Shown in pieces: positions 16,025 through 23,351 of a stretch of DNA of 64,000 nucleotides (its first letter is position 1; each line of letters opens with the position of its first letter). This stretch comes from Thermoanaerobaculia bacterium. Lineage in GTDB: Bacteria > Acidobacteriota > Thermoanaerobaculia > UBA5066 > Gp7-AA6. The notes under the pieces were generated by a model that did no database searches, had not been told where the DNA came from, and saw nothing but the letters and a program-made list of their open reading frames with translations. Both the position numbers and the translations under genes were made by a program. Where the stretch lies: assembly GCA_041481715.1 (NCBI GenBank), contig JBGPCK010000002.1, positions 6,615-70,614 on the forward strand, read 5' to 3'.

Positions 16025-18219
16025 GCGATCCTCCCCGCGCGCTCCGGCCGCGGGCGAGGCCACGCGAGCAGACCGATCAGGGCCGCAAGCGAAATCGCGG
16101 CCCCGGCATAGAACGAGAGAGGCCGGTAGCGGAACACGACGCGGTGTGATCCCGCGGGCACCGCGACTGCGCGAAAGAAGCCGTCGGCGGTCAGAATCCG
16201 CGCCGCACGGCCGTCGAGGGTGACGCCCCATCCCGGATACGCGAGGTCGGCCAGCACCAGAATTCCCGGGGCGTCGGCCGAGACCTCTGCCACGACGCGC
16301 TCGGGCCGCTCCTCGACGATTCCGGTGACCACGTAACGCCCTGGCGCCGCCTGCGGGCGGGGCGAAGGCTCGCGGTCGAGCAGCACGCGCCGGTTCCAGT
16401 CGCTTTCGCCGCGCGCCACGCGGGACCATGCCCGCGCGGCGTCCGGCTCCACGGCGTACTCACCGACGAAGGAGACCCGCGGCCGGTAGGGATTCAGAGG
16501 GGCGCGATAGAAGTCCCCGACCCTTCGGGAGCCGAGTCCCACGGGCGGAAAGGGCGTCCAGTAGATGCGGCCGCTCGCGGCCCCGGCAGGTCGGGCCGGG
16601 TCTTCTCCGCCGTCGATCGCGTCCGCGATGCGTCGCGCGGCCTCCGTCGGGAGGGCAGCCGCCGTGCGAACCGTGCGCACGCCGGCCAGCAAGTTCGTGT
16701 ATCCGATGAGGGCCTCGCGCTGACGACGGACCATCGCCGAGTCGAAGGTCCAGTCGCGCGTCACCCACGGGGCCAGCTCGCTCATCGGCGGGGTCAGAGT
16801 CCTACCCGGCACGCGCGCGAGAAAGTCGCTGGTCTCGGGGCGGCGCCGGATCTCTTCCCCCGCCACGAATCGAAAGACCGCGCGGTTGGCCAGCGCGAAG
16901 GAGGCTACGAGGCAGAGCGACGCGATGCCCGCGAGCGCGCCGCCCGCGAGGCGAAACCGCGGGCGCAGGAGGGCGAGCGCCAAGAGCGCCGCGGCTCCCG
17001 AGCCGGTCACGGCGCGAAACGGAGCATCCTGCCTCGACAACGCCACGACCGCGATTCCCGCTGCGCCGGCCAGAAGCGCGAGGAGCAGCCGACGCCGCCG
17101 GTCCGCCAGGAAACGCAAGCTGTCCAGACCGAGGCCCGAAAGCGCCGCAAGGGAAAAGACCGTCGCGGTCAGGGCCTTGGCAGGGTACCGGATGCGGTTC
17201 AAACCCGGCAGCTCGCGCAGCCATGTGCCCGGAGGCGCGGCCGCCGCGAGCACCACGCCGGCCGCCGCAACTGCGGCGAGAAGCCAGACGAGGCCGCGGC
17301 GCTCCCGCTCGGCGAAGGCGGCAGCCGCCGCGGCGAGCGGGATCGGCCCGAGAAACAGCGAAGCGAAGAAGAAGTTGCCCAGAGAGTCCTCTCCTGCGCC
17401 GAGCGCGGAAACGAGCGCCCCGCTCCGCACGGCTCCGATGTCGCGCTCTACAGCGGGAAAGGGCGCGCGGCGCTCCGAGCGCAGGGCCAACTCCGCCATC
17501 GGCACGAGCACCCACGCCGCAAGCGCCAGCCCGAGGAAGGCGGCCGCCACGCCGCGGCGCAAGCTTTCCCGCGGCGTGGTCTCCTTCCAGCCACCCGAAG
17601 ACTCCTTCCGGCGGAACCGGAGGAAGAGCAGGGCGAGGGCAAGCGTGCCCAGAGAGAGCTCCGGGCTACCGGCCATGGCCTGCAGGCCCACGAGCAGGGC
17701 GAATCCGGCCCCGGCCGCACGCGAGCGCAGACCCGACCGCGCCAGAGCCAGGATCGCGGGCAGGTAGGCGAAGGCGCCAAAGTGATTCCAGTAGGCCGAG
17801 AGCGAGGCCGCCGGACCGGAGGACGCAAACACCGCCGCGGCGGCCAGCGCACCGGCGTCGGTGACTCCCTCCTCCTTGCAGAAGCGCCACATGCCCCAGC
17901 TGGCGATCGCGAAGTGAAGCAGCAGAAAGAGCCCAGCCGCGAGCGCCGGCGAGGGGATCAGGAAGAACAGGCTCGGCGGATAGAAGACCCCCGACTGGGC
18001 ATTGGCGAGCCAAGGCTCTCCGACGCCGGACAGAGGATTCCAGAGCGGGATCTCTCCCGAAAGGAGCCGGTCCGCCGTGTAGAGCTTGACGGGGAAGAAG
18101 AAGTCCGCCTGGTCGCGAAACGTCGGCGCCCGGCCCCAGAGGAGGGATGGACCCAGCCAGAGAACCGGAGGAATCAGCGCCGCGGCAGCGAGAACGCCCG
18201 AATGAAACGCGCGGCGCAC
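16021..18219 (-). CDS. YfhO-like GT-C membrane glycosyltransferase
   Basis: The 732-aa polytopic product has a GTG start. Its N-terminal signature is FRDQADFFFPVKLYTADRLLSGEIPLWNPLSGVGEPWLANAQSGVFYPP. The C-terminal domain (YPGWGVTLDGRAARIL...VPAGSHRVVFRYRP plus a final TM) is shared with four paralogs in the window. Confidence 0.75.
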   Translation of the reverse strand: MRRAFHSGVLAAAALIPPVLWLGPSLLWGRAPTFRDQADFFFPVKLYTADRLLSGEIPLWNPLSGVGEPWLANAQSGVFYPPSLFFLIPSPALAAGLFLLLHFAIASWGMWRFCKEEGVTDAGALAAAAVFASSGPAASLSAYWNHFGAFAYLPAILALARSGLRSRAAGAGFALLVGLQAMAGSPELSLGTLALALLFLRFRRKESSGGWKETTPRESLRRGVAAAFLGLALAAWVLVPMAELALRSERRAPFPAVERDIGAVRSGALVSALGAGEDSLGNFFFASLFLGPIPLAAAAAAFAERERRGLVWLLAAVAAAGVVLAAAAPPGTWLRELPGLNRIRYPAKALTATVFSLAALSGLGLDSLRFLADRRRRLLLALLAGAAGIAVVALSRQDAPFRAVTGSGAAALLALALLRPRFRLAGGALAGIASLCLVASFALANRAVFRFVAGEEIRRRPETSDFLARVPGRTLTPPMSELAPWVTRDWTFDSAMVRRQREALIGYTNLLAGVRTVRTAAALPTEAARRIADAIDGGEDPARPAGAASGRIYWTPFPPVGLGSRRVGDFYRAPLNPYRPRVSFVGEYAVEPDAARAWSRVARGESDWNRRVLLDREPSPRPQAAPGRYVVTGIVEERPERVVAEVSADAPGILVLADLAYPGWGVTLDGRAARILTADGFFRAVAVPAGSHRVVFRYRPLSFYAGAAISLAALIGLLAWPRPRPERAGRIA

Positions 18220-18261
18220 GCGCTCATTGTAGCCGGGAGAACCGGCGCGTCCCCCGCGTGT

Positions 18262-18744
18262 CTACTGCTGCGCCCCTTCCGGCCATTGGACGAACGTGCC
18301 GTTGGAATAGAGGATGTCGTCGTTGAAGTCGGTCGTCGTGCCGCAAACGAATCCGTCCGCCGCCCCGTTGCGGCCAAGGCTTCGGATGTTGTACCGGAAG
18401 AGGGCGTTGTCCACCGCGTACGCCATGAAGCGCCCCCAGCCGTCCTGCAAGGGGGCGTGCGCGATGTAAGTCGGCGTCAGATTCGTGAAGGAGGAGAGGT
18501 TGAGCGGGTTCCCCGAGACCGTGAAGGTTCCGGGGTTGCAGGCGGCCGACGGGTAGAAGTTGTTGTCCACGCTGTAGGTCTCGATCGCGGTCGCCAGCGC
18601 CCGCATGTCGGACATGGTCCGCTTCTGCTTGCCCCTCTGCACGGCGTTGAGCAGGTTCGGGATCGCGATTGCCGCCAGGATGCCGATGATCGCGATCACG
18701 ATCAGCAACTCGATCAGAGTGAAGCCTCGTTCTCGTTTCTTCAT
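18262..18744 (-). CDS. Prepilin-type protein (type IV pilin / GspG-like pseudopilin), copy 1
   Basis: The ATG at 18744 gives MKKRERGFTLIELLIVIAIIGILAAIAIPN, a class III signal with G-1/F+1/E+5. The product is 160 aa with two Cys residues in the C-terminal half. Confidence 0.85.
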   Translation of the reverse strand: MKKRERGFTLIELLIVIAIIGILAAIAIPNLLNAVQRGKQKRTMSDMRALATAIETYSVDNNFYPSAACNPGTFTVSGNPLNLSSFTNLTPTYIAHAPLQDGWGRFMAYAVDNALFRYNIRSLGRNGAADGFVCGTTTDFNDDILYSNGTFVQWPEGAQQ

Positions 18745-18779
18745 GAAAAAAGCGGTCCCGACCGTACGCCGGGACCGCT
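18745..18779 (-). terminator. Intrinsic terminator/attenuator between the two pilin genes
   Basis: The minus strand reads AGCGGTCCC-(11 nt)-GGGACCGCT followed by TTTTTC, running directly into the ATG of pilin copy 1. A second hairpin, CTCCGCG-GAC-GCGGAG, lies at 18804..18819. Confidence 0.55.
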
Positions 18780-18824
18780 TCTCCTTACCGGTTGAGACGC
18801 TCACTCCGCGTCCGCGGAGAAAGG

Positions 18825-19316
18825 TTACTGCTGTGTACCCTCAGGCCACTGGATGAAAGTTCCGTCGGCGTAGAGGATGTCGTCGTTGAAGTCGGTCGTC
18901 GTGCCGCAGTTGACCGTGCCCGAGAACGACCCGTCGCGGCCGCCGGACTCGAGACGGTAGTTGTTCGAGGCGCCGTCGATCGCATAGCGCATGAACCGGC
19001 CCCAGCCGTCCTGCCGCGGAACCTGAGCGATGTAGGTCGGCTGCAGGTTCGTGAACGAGGAGAGGTTCAGGACGTTCGCCGTGCCGTTTGTGAAGAGACC
19101 CGCGTTGCAGGCCGCCGCCGGGTAGTAGTTGTTGTCGACCGCGTACGACTCGATCGCGGTCGCGACCGCACGCATGTCCGACATCGTCCGCTTCTGCTTG
19201 CCCCTCTGCACGGCGTTCAACAGATTGGGGATCGCGATGGCGGCCAAAATGCCGATGATCGCGATGACGATCAAGAGCTCGATCAGGGTAAAACCAGCTT
19301 CCCGCTTCTTCATCAT
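18825..19316 (-). CDS. Prepilin-type protein (type IV pilin / GspG-like pseudopilin), copy 2
   Basis: GGAGG lies upstream. The product starts MMKKREAGFTLIELLIVIAIIGILAAIAIPN. It is a paralog of 18262..18744 with a near-identical N-terminal 60 aa and C-terminal CGTTTDFNDDILY..GTF.QWPEG.QQ. Confidence 0.85.
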   Translation of the reverse strand: MMKKREAGFTLIELLIVIAIIGILAAIAIPNLLNAVQRGKQKRTMSDMRAVATAIESYAVDNNYYPAAACNAGLFTNGTANVLNLSSFTNLQPTYIAQVPRQDGWGRFMRYAIDGASNNYRLESGGRDGSFSGTVNCGTTTDFNDDILYADGTFIQWPEGTQQ

Positions 19317-19362
19317 GCCTCCTAGTTCAGTTCCAATTCCATTTCGGTCTGCCTATCTCATC

Positions 19363-19378
19363 GCAAGGGCGAAGCCAG
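19363..19378 (-). promoter_or_regulatory. Candidate sigma-54 (-24/-12) promoter upstream of the pilin genes
   Basis: The minus strand reads CTGGCTTCGCCCTTGC, with the GG and GC dinucleotides at the canonical spacing of TGGCAC-N5-TTGC. It ends 47 nt upstream of the ATG at 19316. Confidence 0.4.
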
Positions 19379-19647
19379 GTCTGGCACGCTGGTAAGGCAT
19401 TAAGAATCAATCACTTCACAATCCACTCGGCGCGCTCTTGGCCGAGAATTGTCCAATCCGGCGTGAGAGCGCTGACACTTTTTTGCTTGTCTCGTAGGGC
19501 AGCTCGGACGCGACCAAGGGACGAATCGCGGCCCGCTCCGAATCACTCGGGCGGTCCCCACGGGAGGGGCTATTCGTTCTCAAGCCCGGAGAACTTTGAA
19601 ACTCTCCTCGCGGCCGCGCGGCCGGACGCCCGACAGCGCCGCTCGGC

Positions 19648-21039
19648 CTAGCGCGGCCGCGCTTCAACTGCATACTCGGCGACGATGTCGGCGTAGAGCG
19701 CCAGGCCGTTCAGGTAATCGCGCAGGAAGACACGCTCGTCATTTCCGTGACGGCGAACCGAGTCCGTGATGTTCATCGGCATCGGCGAATAACCGTACGC
19801 CGGGATTCCCTTCTGGCGGAAATGGATCGACGTCGTGTAGGCCGCGAAGGTCGGGACCGGGCCGAAGGGGATGCCAGGGTAACGCGCTTGTGTCACGCGC
19901 TTGAGCAGCTCGGTGAAAGGCGTCGGGTAGGGACTGGCGCCCGTGGGCCCTGTCGTGTAGGACCAGACGGCCGAGACCCGCAAGACCGACGCGTCCCGGA
20001 GAATCGGAGCGAGGTAGACGCCCGGGTCGACCCCCGGAGGCGTTGAAATGATTACGTACGCGCGCAGACTGTCCCGCGCGTCCGGCGGGTCGGGGAAGGG
20101 AGGCGTCCAGAAGACCCGCGCCTCGAGAAAGGCGCCGTAGCGGTCGGGCAGCGCTGCGAGCTCGGCGGGATTGCGGCGCACGCGGTCGAGATGCCGCAGC
20201 GGATCCGTCAGGGGGTTCACGAGATGATTGGCGAGCAGGTCGAACCCCAGAACGACGTGTGGGTGTGGCTCGACGGGTGTCGAGGAAAGTTTTTTCCATT
20301 TGGCCGCCAGCTCTTCGAGCGGCCTTCCCGCCGTCGCGGCGAACTCCGCCGAGGCGTAACCGGCCTGCAGCGTCTCAAGGCCCCAGAAGCGCACGTCGCG
20401 CACGACCATCTCGGTCGTTCCGCCCTCGTTCAGAACGGCGGCCACCCCCGCAAACCACTCCGGCCGGTGATCCAGAAGCCACTTCGAGCCCCAGCGCTGC
20501 CCGAGCTCCTCGTCCGCCTCGGCGAGGAACAGGATGTCCGACTCCGGAACGACACCGTGCCGCTTGAGGTCGCGCAGCGCCAGGGCCTGGGCGAGCCCGA
20601 GCGATTTCATGTCGTACGCGCCGCGCCCGTAGAGGTAACCGCGCTTGATCGCGCCTTCGAAAGGGGCGGCCTCCTTCCAGAGCGCGGGGTAGGCGTCAAC
20701 CACGTCGATGTGGTTCAAGAGCAAGAGCGCCCCCTCGCGCCTCTTGCCCGGCAGGCGCGCAAGCAGATTGCAACGCCCCGGGGCCGGGCAGACGATCTCG
20801 GTCTCGATCCCTTCGCAGTCCAGTAGCTCCTTGAGGAAGCGAGCGCCCGCCTCCTCCGTCTTTCCCTGAGACGTGTCGATCCGGACGTAGTCCCGGAGCA
20901 GGCGGACGGACTCGAACTTCAACCACTGCGCGGCCGGGCGGGTCGTGTCCGACTCGATCCGGGAGACGGGCTTCTCCTTGCGCGCGCAGGCGGCCGCGGC
21001 GAGCAGCGCGAGAAGGAGTCGGGCCGGGCGTCGCATCAT
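19648..21039 (-). CDS. M20-family metallopeptidase/amidohydrolase lipoprotein
   Basis: The ATG at 21039 overlaps the upstream stop (ATGA). The product starts MMRRPARLLLALLAAAAC (lipobox). Metal-binding motifs NHIDVV, GRGAYDMKS and EADEELG are present. Confidence 0.8.
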   Translation of the reverse strand: MMRRPARLLLALLAAAACARKEKPVSRIESDTTRPAAQWLKFESVRLLRDYVRIDTSQGKTEEAGARFLKELLDCEGIETEIVCPAPGRCNLLARLPGKRREGALLLLNHIDVVDAYPALWKEAAPFEGAIKRGYLYGRGAYDMKSLGLAQALALRDLKRHGVVPESDILFLAEADEELGQRWGSKWLLDHRPEWFAGVAAVLNEGGTTEMVVRDVRFWGLETLQAGYASAEFAATAGRPLEELAAKWKKLSSTPVEPHPHVVLGFDLLANHLVNPLTDPLRHLDRVRRNPAELAALPDRYGAFLEARVFWTPPFPDPPDARDSLRAYVIISTPPGVDPGVYLAPILRDASVLRVSAVWSYTTGPTGASPYPTPFTELLKRVTQARYPGIPFGPVPTFAAYTTSIHFRQKGIPAYGYSPMPMNITDSVRRHGNDERVFLRDYLNGLALYADIVAEYAVEARPR

Positions 21040-23351
21040 GTCCGCTTCTGACGAGAACCGGAAACGAAGATGAGGACCGCCGCCATTCCCGCGGCGAGCG
21101 GCCCGAGGCGCGTGGACTCTCCGCCCGGCACGCGCTCCTGCCAGTCGACCGCGTGGCGCCCCGCCGGGACGGGAATCGCCGTGTACGCCAGGTATGCGGG
21201 GACCGCCTCGACCTCCCGGCCGTCGATCGAGACCGTTCGGTAGCTCCAGAACGCGCGCAGGACGAAGAGCCACGCGGGCCGGGACGTTTCGGTCTGGAGC
21301 CGCAGGCGCTCCGGGCTCTTCTCGAGGATCCGGAGAAGTCCCGGAGGCGCCTCTCCCCGGGCACGGCGCCCCGTCTCGAGCAGCAGCTCGCCGCGGCCCA
21401 TGCTCGCAAGCTCGGCGGCGGCTTCCAGCGCGCCAGGCTCCTCTTTCCAGCGCGTCGCCAGCCGGATGTCCGGCTGCGCCCCATCCTGCTCGTCCCATTC
21501 CTGCGCGGCGTTGCCGCCGACCGGGTGGAATCCGGCGACCGGCGGCTGGCCGCGCGGGCGCACGCCGAACTTCAGGCAGAGGTTTTCGAAGAGGACGCCG
21601 CCGTCGGGAGCTCCCGCGGCGAGGCCGGACAGGCGCCGGAGGCTCTCCACCCGCGAAACGTCGCCCGCATCGAAGTCGTAGTTGAAGACCGTGCCCCGGC
21701 CCCAGAATACGGGCGTGTAGTAGATCCAGCTCTCTCGCGGCAGCTCCGCCCAGCCCAGGCCCGTGCGCCCCGCAGTCTCTCCCGGCGATGCGTAGATCGA
21801 CTCTCCCAGCGTGCGGAAGGCGCCCTCGGCGTCGGCGCTCGCGATCCGGCGCGCCAGCCGCGTCGGCCCGAAGGCCTCGAGCTCGGTCGACACTTCCGGT
21901 ATCCGCCGGGTGGCGGCCATGGGAACCAGTGTCAGAAGCAACAGCGCCGCGGACCTCGCCCAGAGCGCCGGACGCCGCGCGAGCTCGATCGCGATGACCG
22001 TCGCGACCCAGAGGAGTCCCCCCTCGGCCAGCGCCCAGGGCAACTGCACGGCTGCGAAGTGAGGGAGCGGGGCGCCCCCCGCCAGCAACCCGCCGGCGAT
22101 CCGCGCCGCTTCGGAAGGCCAGAGCGCCGTCAGACCGGCGGCCAGGGCGAGCAGCGCGGCAATCGCAAGGCTCCCGCGCGGCCGCCGCCCTTCACCGCGG
22201 TAGACGTCGAAGGCGCGCGCCGCCATTAGCGCCATCGCCAGTGCCGCGGCCACGGCGAGCTTTTCGGGGTTGCGCAGAGCCACAGGAGACACGACGCGGC
22301 CAAAGCCTTGCGGAAGCAGGCTCGGCAGAATGGAGGCGGCCAGGCCGAAGAGCAGCAGGATGCGCGCGAACCGCGCGCCCCGCTCCTTCCTTCTCCACAT
22401 CGTTCCCGCGCCCATCGCCGCGAGCGCCCCTGCGTAGAGCGTCGAGAAGAGGCCCATTGCCTTGTCGCCGAAGGCGCGCCATCCCCAGACCTCCGAGGGC
22501 GTCAGGCGCCAGGTCTCCCCGAAGGGATACGGCACGACGAGCTCGGCGAGCCTCCACGGAGATACCGAGAATCGGGTCACCTCGGCAAGGCGCAGACCCA
22601 GAACGGCGCGGTTGGTCTCGGGAATCCAGAGCGCCGTTGCCACGATCTGAGGAAGCGCGGCGAGCACCGCGAGACCGAGCGCGACAGAGAGCCGAGCCAG
22701 GGCCGCGCTGCGCTCGACCCGGGGCATCTCGATCGCGATCCAGAGGGCGGCGCCGAAGACGCCGAGCGCCACCGTGAAGACGTCGGCGGCCAGCAGATCG
22801 AGCGCGAAGAGGAATGCCAGCGCGAGCGTCTGCGCCGCGGGTCGCTTCCATGGCCGGGCGGCCGCCCAGACGAGCCACGGCAGCAGCGTCATTCCCGGCA
22901 GGATGTGCGGGTAGAAGACTTCCGAAACGGCGACGCCCGAGAAGGCATAGGTGACCGCGCCGAGCCACGCGGCGCCAGCCGAGGCGGAGAGCGCGCGAAG
23001 CAGCAGCAGCGTCCCGATTCCAGCGGCGGCCCAATGCAGGAGCGGGTAGAGGCGCATGGCGAGCGGGAACGGCAGGCGGGAAAGCAGCGGCCGCACGGGA
23101 TAGAGAGAGCCGGTATTGGGATTGGGGAGGAGCGGCCGTCCGCCGGAAACCTCGGGAGTCCAGACGGGGAGCCGGCCGCGAGCGTACGCGTCGTGGATCG
23201 ATTTCTCCAGGGGCAGGTTGTAGGCGAGCAGGTCCCTTCCCGTGAAGTTGCGCCGGAAGAAGAGCGGGCTCGCGTAGACCGCCACGACGAGGGCCGCAAA
23301 CAGGAGCGCCGCACCGAGCGAGCCCGGTGTCTCACGGGCCGGCCGGTTCAC
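21036..23351 (-). CDS. YfhO-like GT-C membrane glycosyltransferase (tandem paralog B)
   Basis: The GTG at 23351 overlaps the upstream stop (GTGA). The N-terminus (FRRNFTGRDLLAYNLPLEKSIHDAYARGRLPVWTPEVSGGRPLLPNPNTGSLYP) is collinear with 23348..25741. The 155 upstream codons of the track ORF overlap the preceding gene. Confidence 0.75.
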   Translation of the reverse strand: MNRPARETPGSLGAALLFAALVVAVYASPLFFRRNFTGRDLLAYNLPLEKSIHDAYARGRLPVWTPEVSGGRPLLPNPNTGSLYPVRPLLSRLPFPLAMRLYPLLHWAAAGIGTLLLLRALSASAGAAWLGAVTYAFSGVAVSEVFYPHILPGMTLLPWLVWAAARPWKRPAAQTLALAFLFALDLLAADVFTVALGVFGAALWIAIEMPRVERSAALARLSVALGLAVLAALPQIVATALWIPETNRAVLGLRLAEVTRFSVSPWRLAELVVPYPFGETWRLTPSEVWGWRAFGDKAMGLFSTLYAGALAAMGAGTMWRRKERGARFARILLLFGLAASILPSLLPQGFGRVVSPVALRNPEKLAVAAALAMALMAARAFDVYRGEGRRPRGSLAIAALLALAAGLTALWPSEAARIAGGLLAGGAPLPHFAAVQLPWALAEGGLLWVATVIAIELARRPALWARSAALLLLTLVPMAATRRIPEVSTELEAFGPTRLARRIASADAEGAFRTLGESIYASPGETAGRTGLGWAELPRESWIYYTPVFWGRGTVFNYDFDAGDVSRVESLRRLSGLAAGAPDGGVLFENLCLKFGVRPRGQPPVAGFHPVGGNAAQEWDEQDGAQPDIRLATRWKEEPGALEAAAELASMGRGELLLETGRRARGEAPPGLLRILEKSPERLRLQTETSRPAWLFVLRAFWSYRTVSIDGREVEAVPAYLAYTAIPVPAGRHAVDWQERVPGGESTRLGPLAAGMAAVLIFVSGSRQKRT

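Noticed and set aside
19381-19397. A plus-strand TGGCAC-gctgg-TAAGG that looks like a sigma-54 -24 element.
   Set aside because: The -12 position lacks the GC dinucleotide, and no plus-strand gene lies downstream. The minus-strand TGGCTT-N5-TTGC at 19363-19378 fits the pilin genes better.
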